64,000 nt of DNA from Phallusia mammillata. Lineage: Eukaryota. A program made the position numbers and the translations under genes. This document shows, one piece after another, positions 23,454-37,000 of the stretch; positions within the stretch are counted from its first letter, which is position 1; the number at the start of each line of letters is the position of its first letter. The stretch spans positions 1,240,001 through 1,304,000 of the forward strand of contig OZ281501.1 of NCBI GenBank assembly GCA_965637545.1. Reading direction: 5' to 3'. Below the pieces are notes generated by a model. That model did no database searches and was not told where the DNA came from. It saw only the letters and a program-made list of their open reading frames with translations.

Positions 23454-26400
23454 GTAAGTTCTAGCAATAATGGATGTACACAAGCCTACATAAGCGAAAT
23501 ACGTTAGATTTGAGTAGGCCTATTGTGTATAATAAAGTGTGGTGTTGTTGGTTGAAACCACCAAGTTCATTTCTCTTCAAACGTCCATATTTGAGTCTTA
23601 CGATCTCGATGGCGAATGCGAATGGAATCTTGCGAAACCTTTGCCTCACAAACAATTTGAGAACCCTTTTTTAATATACTTGACCACGTTTGGAGGTCTT
23701 AACAACTGGCCGTGAGCAAACTATACTTTACCCCGATCAACGACAAACCTAATGTTTTGAATAACTACTGAATCATCCTGTTGTACCGGGGTCTGTTTGA
23801 AATCCAATATATCCTCCAACCTACGCAACTTAACCAGCAGGAAATCAACTTGATATGACGCCTATAACCTTGATCTGGGTAAAACGACCGACTAATTCAT
23901 TTAGACTCAACATTTTCAGCTTGTCCCTCGTATCGTGTTTCGTACGGAAGTGCGTAAGGCGAAGTGCTTGCTTTTTCGGTTGCAATTTAATGCTACCTGT
24001 TAGACAGAGGAATTGCTTTAAAGAAGAGATCATGTTCTTTCGAGGCAACGAAAGGAAACAGTTTTTCGAGGAACAGTTTTACGATTGAAATTCTTGTAAC
24101 CCATGTTTTTGAATGCAGCTTTTTTCACAATGTCAAATTGACGTAATTTCATGGTGCGAAAAAATTGCAACCTAAGTTTATGTCGTAACTTTACATCAAT
24201 ACAATTTTCGCAGTAACGTGATTCTTGTAATAGCGACAGCCAAACGGAAACAATCGCCATCATTAGAGCAACTTCACGCACTCCGAGGTCAACTTGATAA
24301 CTCTTAACCATTTATTTCCACTTTAACCACTCGAACAGTAATGATAAATCGTTGTGAAAATAACCTTTGCGCCCTACAGGTCGTTGGGAAAGACGAGAAA
24401 TGAAGACGTTGACTTTCAGTGTAATAACAGGAGGCAATTTGCGGCCGATACAGCCACCGCTGTCCTGGCAGGTTTCTGTTTATTTAGCAATTCAGCAATT
24501 GCGCCTGAAACAACGATTGCCACCCTCTTAACTTTAGGATTCTTGAAAATAGTGTTGTTGCCAGGTGTATTTTATACACTTGCTTTTTGCTCAACTGGCA
24601 ATTATATGTACATTTGTTGGTTGCAATTTTTTTGTCGGAAAACTGGTTTGAGTTTTAAGAAAAACAATTTGAGTTTTGATAAAGAAACGAAGCTAAAATA
24701 TTTGAACTTTGACTGGCTTGTAGTCAATATAAAACCGCATGCATTGATGTTTTCCACTTGGCAAATTTTGCTCGCAACGAATCCCACGGGCCACGTTGCT
24801 GGTGGAACCTTGTTTTTGTAAACGCAACGAAATCCCTTTTTTGAGTGCGCCCTTATGAATGTTCACAGGTATCATAAACAATAGATTGTGTGAGAGGTCG
24901 TTTGCCACCAGTTCGACGCCTATCCCTCGTGAGAACGACCCTTACCCAACCGCGCTTTGTTTATTTAGTTCTGGTTTTAAAGAGCCACATTAAACTGCAA
25001 GGATAATATTTTGATTTGCAGACAAGTTCTCGTGGGTTTCTGCGCTGGTTAAGTTGTGATCTTAACGCCCCGCGGGCTTGTTGTGTTGAGGTTCGGTTTA
25101 CTTGCGCTAGCGAACATTGTACTGGCAGAAAAGGACATTAAAATCTTACACAGCCCGTGCTTGGGTTGAATTTTATGAGAAGAGCGATTGTTAAAGTATA
25201 TTGTGTATTGCGTTTAATGCAAGATTTTGTTGCTATGTGGTTAAACTTATAAAGCTTGTGTAATAATTACTTATTATTCGTACCGAATGGCGAGCAAACG
25301 ACCGACAACTAATCATTAAAAAATCCCAGAAAATGATTATCTTGTCATTATTACATCCATCCAAACGTACGTCATTAATAGTAATTGTCCCATCAGCAAA
25401 TTACCCGACATTTAACATCTCCTAGTCTTTACCATGGCTACGTTGTATCCGCTATTCCCGTTTACAACAATGTTAAATGTTTCAATTAGTACCTTGCTTC
25501 AAATCTCCGGTTTCCCGCGAAGCTAATCCCCAATCTAACCGCATACTTAAGATCGGATTTCCAAGCTATAGCACCGACGCAGGCTTAATGACAAAACTAA
25601 ACCCAATTCACCTGTAAATCGATTTCCTTTGCAGGACCTTGCTAATGCATTGTCTAGGGACCACACACATGTGATAGGACATTGCTTTCCAAGTTGTATA
25701 AAGCGATTCCCAATGCACTAAGCCTAGCCATAAAATCCAACCACATAGGTAAAATCAATACTGTCTGGAATCCAACAATTTTTGCATTTTACATTTATAT
25801 TAATTGTGTCTTCAGTTTTACATGGCAAAAGTTTTTCATGACAGGTCCTTCGGTTTTATGCGTTTATCGCTTTATACTACTAAGTGCGCCAATATGCCTA
25901 TAATTTTTCTGAATTATTCTACTTCTTTCGGTCCCAAAAGTGCTTCATGTATTAGTTCAACAACATCAACACAGGCCAAGTATGCAGCGCTAGTCAGGAC
26001 TTCAATATATTACCCAAGGTATTGTCTGTCCCTTATTCAAAGCACCAGTCTTGGGGGTCTGCGGTTAGATTCCTGGCTTTCCAGCATATCTCGTTGTCCC
26101 GTAGGTTGGTATTAGGGTCTGATCCAGGGGCAGACGTCGTCCGTCTGCCGCCGTTGGGGAATGCTTTGGCTCTTTGTGTTGAAGCAAGGTGCAATCAAAT
26201 ACTTGTCGCCACCTTGAATATCTCGACAGTCGCTAAAATGTGTGAAATTTCTTTTACATTAACGTGTCATTCTTTACTGGTTCTTAACAAGCAAGTTTAG
26301 TCATTATGGCACAAGTTTTGACCTCAAATTTTATGCACGTTATGGTTTTGTAACAGTGCACAGCTTTACCAGTTTAGTAATTGTTTTGTTTTTAACTTTA

Positions 26401-27364
26401 TATATTCAGAATAACCTCGTACGTATAAAGGAAGACATATGCAGATAAAAGAGCATGCGACTTACACTTTGTTAGCTAATAGCATGCACACTATTCTGCA
26501 TCGTTGTATATTACCCTAAAGCTTTTAGGTAAACCGTTTGTTGAACAATGTGTTCAGCAACAATATTTAACATTCAAAAATTTCTGCCGGCAAGACCCCT
26601 CACCTATATTATTTCACGCCCATTTTTGACACATGGCACGCGTTAAGGCGTTCAATAGAGGTTATAAGTCAGCTTATTAATAATTCACGGTTAAGTATAT
26701 GAGCAATATTTTGATCTCGAGGGACGACACCTGGTCACCGCCTTAATTTACATCCTGAAAAAGGGTTTGAAAATTTAACCCAAAAAATAGAAAACAGTGC
26801 TAAGTATAGTGTCGTAGGCGAAGCACCGTTTCGTAGCCACAATTTTCTAACAACTGAGCATCTTGGGTGGGTTGTTCGGCATTTCAAGTTGTGCCGGAAT
26901 CGGTAACAAGCTAATCTGTGATAAGTTTACGCCCACAACATCTCAAGCAAACAGATTCGGTTTGACGAGTCGGAATGTGGGCTAGCATGAGCGATTAGCA
27001 CGCCCACTCTTGCAAACCGCGTTTCCATCAGTTTCTTGAAACTCAAACCACCCAGCAAGTCATTGGCTGTAAAGCTAACTTATATGTTAAGTTGGTCTAA
27101 ATTTGAAGTTTTATGTCATTGTAAAGGCTGAAAAAGCAGGGTTTCATTCCGCTTTATGTAACAGAACATGTGCTTGATCTATAGGGAAGTTTATGTGCTT
27201 GTTCTTTTGGTCGTTTTATGACCTTGTATTTGACAACTTCTTCTGAATGGCAACGGTGTACACACCTGAAGCGGGTCCGTTGACATGCTTTGTTTAGTGT
27301 GTCGGACGTTTTCAGAGTTTATTTCAACAGTCAAACTTTTACTTCATAAGTTTATTAATAACCA

Positions 27365-27445
27365 CTCAAATAGACGTAAAAAGCAACATGCTTTATTATT
27401 CAAACGTTTCGGCGGATGCTCATGCCGTCATCAGTAATATGAGGG
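27365..27445 (-). ncRNA. Minimal hammerhead ribozyme motif (family B, intact core)
   Basis: Minus strand: catatta-CTGATGA-c-GGC atgagcatcc GCC-GAAAC-GTT-tgaataataaagcatg. Cut predicted between 27403/27402. Confidence 0.7.
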
Positions 27446-27799
27446 GCCACATCTGTTACACCCGTATATATCCCCCTGAGTCACGTAACAGATTGTTAAA
27501 AAAGTACAAAAGCATCGCGTAAAAACGATGTAGGACTTTTAATTTGCTGCAAAAACGTTTCTTTTGTGCAGGAGAAGTCAACAAACTATTCGCTCTGCGT
27601 CCTTTAATTTCATGCGACATTCACGCTCAATGTGGCGTGGGGCGATTTACAAACTTAACTTGCTCAGTTCGCGTGCCCCAATGCTGTGAGCATCCAAGCG
27701 TTACCAGTGTCACCCATTACCCAACAGCCTGTAGTGCTTTTTTAACAAATCTGTCATTCAACTGGTGTGGTGCTGGCCAAATTACTCATTGTGTGGTAA

Positions 27800-27850
27800 A
27801 AACTTAATACTGACGTTTCGCCTATCACAATAGGGCTTCTTCAGAGAAAA
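27800..27850 (-). ncRNA. Minimal hammerhead ribozyme motif (family C, intact core)
   Basis: Minus strand: ttct-CTGAAGA-a-GCC(c)TAT tgtg ATAGGC-GAAAC-GTC-agtatt. Cut predicted between 27812/27811. Confidence 0.7.
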
Positions 27851-28005
27851 ATCACAAAAACAAAACAAAAAAAACTTGCAAAAGCTTATCCAAATCGTCT
27901 ACATGCACTTTTATGTACACTTTTGTACAGTATTTGGGACATACAAACTCGTTCGTTTAAAGACATCGGTGTAAATGTTGCTTTTTACTTTTATAGGAGC
28001 CAGTC

Positions 28006-31000
28006 ATGGAGTACGACAGTGTCGAAGAGTCGTTACGTGATGCGTTACGTCATGGTGTGAGAAATGGAGCTCGGCCGAGAGAAGAGGCAAGTGCACAACA
28101 AGAGGTAGGAATTTCCCTGATCCCCAACTTCGTGCTGTCAAGTGTGACCGCATTTTATCAACTTCAAACCCCATCTGGAATTACCATGATATAAAACAAA
28201 AAAACACGGACTTTACAACTAGTTCGATTTTAAACAAAAGTACCAGGAAGAAATTATGTCAAGTTACTACGTAGGTTTTCAAGCAGTTTTGTGTTTAATC
28301 AATTAAAATACGGGTTTGAAGAAAATATACTTAGTGCACTGTACAAAGGCAGCCAATTTCAGGGCGGGGTAACCTTGTCTAACAAAAATCTAAAAATAAA
28401 CTAAAATTTCAGCAAAACACCTTCACCAAACGACACAACTACATTACGGTGTATGAGCATGATCAGCAGCGCGTGAAGCCCCGAAGTCTTCCGAACCAAT
28501 CCGAAGATCACCGAACGCATCCTGTCCAATCTCAATCTTCCCATGTAAACGCACATTCAACCCACTCAGGCTCACAAAACGGAAACCCTAGTTTGGTAAT
28601 TTCTCTTTAAGATCTGTTCAATGTTTGTTTACCGGTGAAACGTTGTTACGTTTTACCGTTTCCGTTTTGGAAATTGTTGTCCAACGTAGCGGAAACATTA
28701 CAACTTGCAAACAAGGGCGCCCTTTGTAGTTTACACAGGATACGGTGTTGGATTTATAGAAACAGAACCATGAAATAGCTGACTGATTTTGATAGTTCGT
28801 TGTGAGTAGTTGTGAAAATAATTACGTTGTTGTCGCATTTCCGTTGGAGAAAAGCAATGTTTTAAATTTGTAAGCACAATTACTGTAACGTTTCTTCATT
28901 TCTGCTGGTCTCACGGAAAAACCTTTCCTTTTTAGGGATTTGGCCCCTTTTACTTCGTTTGTTTGCGTTCCTTGCGGTTTGTGTTTATTTTGATAAAAAA
29001 ATGTAAAATTTACGCAAATATTTTTAATCTTCACAGGGGGTTGAAGATTTTCGTAAGTATTGCATGTTCCTCACCGAACGAATGCAGAAGATGGAAGAAC
29101 AGAATGATCAGCTGGTCAGGCTGGCTGAACAACAAAAACACGAATACAATAAGGTAGAAATGGGGCCTCTTCAGAGCTTATTCCTATTCATGTACATACT
29201 GTTGTGTACATCACCCTGAAGTCACCCTTTTTGTTGTTGTTGTTGTGATATTGTTTATTATCTTTACATTTCTCTTGATGTTTAGGTCGCTTCACAAATT
29301 GCGCAATCCGAAATGATGCAGCGTCGTCTCCATTCCGAATGCATCAACCTTCGTCGTCAAGTTCAACAACTTACAAGCTGCAACCAAAAGCTGAACGACA
29401 GCACTCCATTGCATGGCCACAACGTACAAAGCCAAGGTAAGGCCTAAAATCAGTTTAAACTCGTGATTTAATGAGCAAAATACAGAGGCAAGGTGTTTGA
29501 ACATTTTATCAATGAATTACATACTTTTATTTTAGGGGAAGCACCGATGGAGAAAGTCCCCAGCGGTCACGCGATAGCAAGCAGGGAATCTTCAGTTCCA
29601 GGATCAATGCCGAATCTTCACAGTAGCACAAATCAACGTGAGTTAACATTCCAAAATACAACACCATATAGTTGTGCATTTTAAACGAGAAAACTCCTAA
29701 CCCGTATATTTACTATTCCAGATTTCAGCGAGGCACTCATGGCCCAGTTTGGGGCTTCCATCGACGAAGTTTCGCGCCGTGATTTAACCCGTATAAAATC
29801 GGAAGAAATGGCGACAATAATCGAACTCTATAACGCCCTCCAACGGCACACAGGTAGCTCACCGCGCTCACAACCAAGTCCACCTGAAATCAGCGGCGAT
29901 CCTGTTGTTCCTGTGCAGGAGCCCCATCCGCTAGGTGTCATCCACGAGCAGTCTCCCAACCAATCAGATTACGCCACGCCGTCCAGCGTTTGCGCCACCC
30001 AATCCTGTACTTGTTGTGATTCGCGAGCGAGCGGCGCGGGTTCGAAACCCAGCTCGGGTGGAAAGCGAGAATGCAAATCTGTGAGCCCGGGAAGGGATTC
30101 GAGCAAGAAACTTTCGCATTCCCGAGTCGCAAAACTGAATAAATCGACTCGCTCAAGTGAAAGAAGCCAGTCATTCGACAACAACGCCTATATTGAAGTC
30201 GAACTGAAGAATTACGAGAAGCCAGCTGCTGATCCGGTTGAGACGCAAGATGCACCAAAGGTGAACTTTCGACGCGATACGAGATTGAGGCGCTCACACA
30301 ACCATTACATGAATGTCACACCAAAGCGCTCTGAACCTCAACGGCCGTCCAGCCTTGTACTTGACCTGGATGCGGTTCAAATTGCGATGGAAGATCAGAT
30401 GTCACCGCAGAGCCAACCTGGAGTTGTCGCTCTATCACCCGTATCACCATACGAAAACCATGTGCTACCACAAGAACTGAATCAGAATATATCGAATATA
30501 CGAAAAGTTTCACCTCGCGCCGACGTAGGGGTCACCCAAAAGCCCCCAATGTCACCAACATCACCACTCAGGTCACCCATCTCACCCATGAGGTCCCCTA
30601 TGTCACCCACTTCATCGCAGAGTCGATTGTCAAGTGTCGATGGGAAGATCTGGTGCCCGAGAACCAGTTCTGCGTCATCGAGCCATAGCAACACCGAACA
30701 GCGTCTGACGTCAGCAGATAGCGGACATATGACGTCACCGGGAAGTCCCTCTTCCTTGGGTGGAAATCGAAAGTCATTTTCGAAACTAGAATTCGGCGCA
30801 GGTTGGTTATTTAAAAATTAAAGCCCTGTAGCATAGTTTGATTCTTGTATTCTGTTGTGACATTTTCACTTATAACGCTTATACTTTTACCTTTACAATA
30901 TATTACATAGCTGTTCTAGCAAATGTAATTTTATTCCAACGTTTCGACGTCCTATACAGGCGCCTTTATCAGGGTAAATAAAACTAAAATTGACTAGTAT

Positions 31001-34000
31001 AGGACGTCGAAACGTCGGAATAAAATTACATTTGCCAAAACAGCTCTATAAACTTGATATTGTGCCTGACAGCAAAAGCCTATATACATTACATTGCTAT
31101 TTTACAAATTTTGGTTTTAATTTTCAGACCTTCCTCCACCACCACCGCCACCCCCTCAATCGGGCGATGACGTCAGTGGCAAGGAGCAGACGTCATCAGG
31201 ACTTGCCCCCCGGACATCCGTGCAGCAAAGGTAACGCACCCTCCCTTTAATCACTTCGTAATGCTTTGTGTATTGAACCCACATCAATCAACACCTGGCT
31301 GCTATTATCATAATTTGTATGTAATCTCTGTCCGGTTGTAATTAGGCAATTGGTGATTTGTTGTAATGTTTATTAATTCCGGCACCTGACATTTGCTAAT
31401 TTGGTTATTTTGCAATTCACTAGCAGAATTGATTTGTAGGGTGTGTGAAACATTAAATAATAATCTGTACTTTGTGTTTCAGGGGCAATTCTGACACTGT
31501 TAACGAAGACGTAAAGAAACACACAAAATCAGGTGGGTTTTATTGGAAGATTAAGTCTAACTGGGCCACTACCGTACATAAAATGCTTCATAGTTTTAAC
31601 TTTATAGAAATGTTACAGCTACTGTGTTCTGACCAGCGATTTTTGTAATCTTTATTCATTAAATGATTAAAAATATATATTTATTCAACCTTCACCTTTC
31701 AGCTTTTTCTCAAATCCGGCCTCGCAAGTTGAGTGTATGGAAACAATCACATCAAGGTGCTTCCCCTGATGGCCCAGGGAGTGCAACTGGGCCCCAGAAG
31801 GGATCCGGTTGGCGCCGGAAGTCATACGCGGCCGCATGCCGTAAGTCGCAGTCTTTGGATCATCTTTACGAACAAATCCTCATCGAAAATGGTCGAGAGA
31901 AAAAAGTTGATGAACATAAGAATGTGGAGAAAACTGAAAGCGGAAAAGCTGTAAGTTTGCTGCATTTATTTTGCTTTGTCATTGTATGTCTGTGTCTTTT
32001 ATGAAACTTTGCAGTACAGAAGAATTGCCTAAAAAAATTCTTACAGTTTTGTGTAATAAAATGAGTCTGTTTGCCATTGTTACGTCACTACACACATGCT
32101 GACAACGTCTTATAGAACTTTGATTGGTTTAAATCGTTTTTTTTTTAACTTTAAAATCTTAGCAGCAAAGGTCAATGCAGCCTTACGCCTGTTTTCAGTT
32201 ACATTTGGTAACATCTGCTTCAAGCTTAAACATGCACTTCTTATTTGAAGCAATTTTGAGTAACAAATCTTTGCTTCACAGACATTCAGTACTCTCCAGC
32301 CACAAAGAAAATCGCTGACGTCAGTGGCAGTTCACACGCTCCCGGAAGTACTTCCGGCTCAACGAAGTCACGAAATTCCCACGGAAACTGCGATTGACGA
32401 CGAAGAAGTTTTTGATGACGCTCTTCCGCCTCCCCCACCCCCGCACGTGCTACAGGAAGTGATGTCACAAGACGGACAGTCGACCGGATATGCCGTCATG
32501 GTGCCAGTCGATTATGACGCAATTAAGGCAAACGAGAATGAAAAGACGCAACAGAACGCTAAAAGTAAGTTGAATTGAAAAAATGTTTGTGTTGCATTAT
32601 AGTTACCTTTGATTTACTTCTGCTGCTAAGCTGATTTATTCACAAACGGCCAATTCAACTTTGAAACACATCAACTTAAAATGTAATTTGATCAAAACGT
32701 TGAACTGATTTATAGCAAAAAACTTGTGCAATAAACTATGTTCTCTAAAGGCAATTATTTTTCTATTTGAATAAGAAAGCGATGTTGCTGTAAAGGCGAA
32801 ATACATACATTATAAATTCACAACGATAAATGACTAAATGTGTTCATAAATTTAAGGAAATTGTTTTTTTAACAATATCTAACATTGTGTTGACTTTCAA
32901 ATCTTTTCGTTATTAATTGATCCTGTCCATTTCAGCTGCTCTTGAACGAACCTCCTCCTCAAATCATTATCCACCTCAACGCTCCTCATCTGCATCCAAG
33001 ATCAGCCTCACTAGGAGGAAGAGCTCTGAAAGGAGTCCTCCACCTCAGAAGAGCAAACCTCCTGCATCTTCTGGAGGACAGGACAGATCAAGGATCGTCG
33101 TCCCTTCCACTAAAGTCTCCTCCTTTGACTCGGATTCATCCAAGCTTCCCAAATCTCGCACTTGTGACGTGATCAATAGGGATTATGACGAAATAGATGA
33201 CGGACTACGAAAACGTCGCATGAGCGAAGGTTAGTATTCATCAACCCTATGTTGCAAAAACATGATGAAACGTTTCTTATGACTCAAAATGCACAAAAAA
33301 CAAAGTTATCATAGGAGCGTTCATAAACAGTGTCAACTAATCATTTTGTTTGAACAAAATGTCATAGAATAGTTATAGAGTAATGTAAATTGTTTGAGTT
33401 TTTACAATCATTGCGTTTAATGCTACTTCAGTGACGATTTTGTTACGAGTCAGGCTATTCATCAACTAATTATCTTCAAAAAAAACATATTGTTTGACTT
33501 AAACCATTTGATTTTTGTTTATTTCAATATTTCAGAATTAAATTGCTGGTTGCAGTGTTTAACACATAACATCTTTTCTCGTTGCAGGTTCTGCAGGTCG
33601 TCGTAAGAAGGAAATTCTTGAAACATCAGTTGACGATGGAAAAAGTCAACTCCGCAGACGTCGAAGCGTCAGCAGTGATTTCGCTTTAAACCGTCGCAAA
33701 GACTCAGCACGTCACTACCCTGTAAACCACGTGATCGCGCCGCATGAGCGAACACAATCCGTGGACCAGGTGACTTCACAAATCTCTGACGTCACCCCGC
33801 AACCTCGCTTCCCTTCCACAAACCCTCACATGAGAACGACTTCGGCGACAACTAACAGCCAGGTTTTGGCGCAGAAATCCCCGCAGACTTCGCCTGAAAT
33901 CTCGCGGTCTGTGCGCACTGAGTCGCTTGAGTCCGGTTCAAGTTTGAGTCAATGCAGCCAATCCACTGAGAGGCGCTCGCTGTTAAACTTAAGCGCTTCA

Positions 34001-37000
34001 AAGTCTAAAGGAATCAAGCTTGGGAGTAATCCTGCTAAGAAAGCTGAAAACTCGAAGATCCAGCAACGGGGAAGAAGCGCATCAAAAACTGACGTGAGTT
34101 CGAAGAAGAGTAAAGATGCTGCTCCTGGAGGAAAGAAGAGCGGAGGAGGAAGCCAATCCCGATCTCTCAAGGATTTGATGAAGTCGAAATTTGGAAGATC
34201 TGTGTCCGGAGGCAGGTCAAACTCCTCATCGAGCAAGAAAACGGAGCAAAGCAATAATACAAAGTAAGTATTCCATGAAAAGTTTATTTAGTTGTATTTT
34301 ACGTTACAATACTTCTGCGTGCATTTCATCACATAAACATCATGATTTTTTTCATGTAAACGCCTGCTTATTAAGACTAATACCTAATTTCCTGGCAGTT
34401 GTATTTACCCATGATAACACCTTCTTACTTTTATTTGTAGAAACCCAGATCCCCTTCCAGAGTCACAGCTCAAGCCTGCAAGTTCATTTATCGATCCAAG
34501 GACTCTTTCTCTGGAGCCAAACTCGTATCTTCCTCCCGGCAAAGATGGATTATCCACTGGAAGCAAGAAGAGGTTGGCTCTCGGTGGAGGCAGTGATGCA
34601 GCGGTTGGACGCAAACTAAGTCAACCTTATCCCAATGGGTCATCTACATCAAGTCCTCATCAGCAAGCTCTCTCTAAGTTGGTAGAGGAAGTTGTTTCAG
34701 ATGAAGGATTCGCTGAAGGGAGTACAATTGAGCGTCCGGATAAGGAGCAAATCCCGGAGCCGGAAGTTGCGGAGAGCAGGAGGTTTGAGGAGACTTCGTT
34801 CCCGGATGCTGCAGTGCCACGGAAGAGCGAGATGCGAGGAAAGAAGGATAACAGGGAGTGGTATGAGAGCGTGGTATCGGTCGAGCAGAGTGACGACACA
34901 AAAGCGAAGAGATTCCAGATCTTGTCAACTGAGGATTTGAGCGCCAACACGCCTGAAAGTCGATTTTTGCGTAACGGTTCCGCGAAGCATCAGCAACAGC
35001 ATACCAGGGTGAAAGTTATTGAAGAGCCACCTTACGAGAATCTACCTATCGACAGCCGACACATCATGCCACACCAAATCAACACTTTCCTCGATTCCGA
35101 GTTAAACAACAACGAAAAGCGTTTATCTGTAGCATCAGGTTCACATCCGCGAAAAAACGGGGAAGTTTTTGCAGCCGGGGTAACTATTGTGCGAACCCCG
35201 CAGCCCCAGGGAATTCCCCCTTCTTCTACCTCGCCCCCAACGCGTCCTAAACCAACCAGGCAACTCCATAAAACGCCCAAGACCAGTCCTGGGTCGGCGA
35301 TTGGACGAATTATGAAGAGCGCTTCTCGGATATCGGGAAGCAAAGAAGATCTTTCCCCGAAAACTGAATCTTCTATTCCCGGAAACACTGCTGGAAAATC
35401 TCGTAAGTTTTGTTCACCTTTTTACGTCCAACACCAAATTTGTGTTTTTTACTAGATAACTATTAATATCTTAGACTTGACTGATAAGTGGCTGGCTTTG
35501 CAGCATCACATGAATCCAATACAGTTGGATAAATTTGCTGTTCTAGAGTTTGAAATGTGTTTTTTTCTTCAGGAAAACCTGACAAAGACGCAATTGGAAA
35601 GAAAATCAACTACTCTGATCACCAGAAAGTATTTGAAAAAGCTTTCATTAGTTCTGTAGTTGAAGCTGAACTGACACAACAACGTACAAGCGGCAGAAGC
35701 ACTCCACAGGGATCAACCTCAAATGTAATTTAACTCTCCACTTATTTCTAACTTTTCGCTACGTTTAATCGCTTTGCTTCAAATAAATTACTGATTGTTT
35801 CTGAGCTGTTCAAACAATTATCGAAGCCCTAATCAAATTGTGACAAAATATCATTATGACTTTGCCCATCGAAAAATATTACAGATTTACATCTTTGAAC
35901 GTCAAAGATGTAAACGTGTCTTTTGGATTTCGGAATGTTAAACGTTTTTTTTTTAATTTCAGGATAAATCGACGGATTCTACTGGTAGAACCCCGGCATC
36001 CATCACTTCCAGTGGAGCCGACAGCGTCATGAACGGATCTGTTGGAACCGGTTCCAGTTTCGGTTCCTTGCCTTCCGACGGAATGGTTGACGTCACAGAG
36101 TTCCAGGGCACGACGTCATCATCCGGATCGTTGGAACCGGTTCCGAGCAAACCGAACCAGCAGAGGATGTCTAAATCGAAACGAAATAGTTCCTCTGGAT
36201 TCGGATTCTCCGGCCGAGGCGGACTAACGGGTACAAACGAATCCAGCAGTTCCTCATCCAGTACCGAGATGACTTCGTATCGTGGAAGGAGCAAAACTGC
36301 ATCATCATCCGGACTTCGATCTCCTGCTGTTTCTCTTCCGCCACCTAGTGCTGTGGCCCAAGGACAAGCACGCAGTTCCTCTTGCGCCACCGGCCGGTCA
36401 AGAGCGGACGATTCGAAGCCTCCAGATTATCAAAACTCTATTTCGAAGCTGCCAGCTTATTCTGATACACCACAGCCAACAAAACCTACGATAAACAATA
36501 TAAAGTCGATTCAGTCCCGTAGATCTCACTCGGGTTCACGGATTTCTCGACTTTCGACTCCGAGCAAGCTCTCTCCTCCAGGGAAGACATCCACTCGCTC
36601 CCACAGCACTTCATCCCAGGACGGCTCTCCCGCTGCATCCAAACCTCAGTCTCCGAAACTCAAGTTGGCCCCACTGAACTATGGTGTTCCTCCGAACAGA
36701 TCTCGAGCTGCTACACAGGGCAATACACCGAACCGCGACCATCAAGAGCCGGTTTATGAAAATTCGAACTTTATCGCGCATCAAAATCCACAAAGCAAGT
36801 TCACACCTCCTCCTAACAGCCAGATACCGTCGTTTGCTTCTTCACTGAGGTAAGCATAAAGTTCCAGGCTAAAATCTTGTAACTATGTTCAAAATGATTC
36901 ATGACTGTAATACTTTTATTCATGATTATATTCACAATGATTCATGACTCTAATACTGCGTGTTTATATAAATAAGGTTTGGGGTTTTCTCAGTTTTAAT

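Noticed and set aside
23845-24311. Minus-strand ORFs with SYQVD occurring twice, as a possible repeat-protein pseudogene
   Set aside because: Similarity is limited to ~12 nt, the frames are discontinuous and no family was recognised.
26020-26120. Kringle-like ARNLTADPQDWCF on the minus strand
   Set aside because: The Cys pattern is incomplete, it is flanked by stops and there are no splice signals.
29938-36793. Antisense and alternate-frame ORFs over the big exons (e.g. 29938..30297, 33949..34254, 35032..35388, 35959..36390)
   Set aside because: Shadow ORFs expected in GC-richer Ser/Pro-rich coding DNA, with no splice or motif support.
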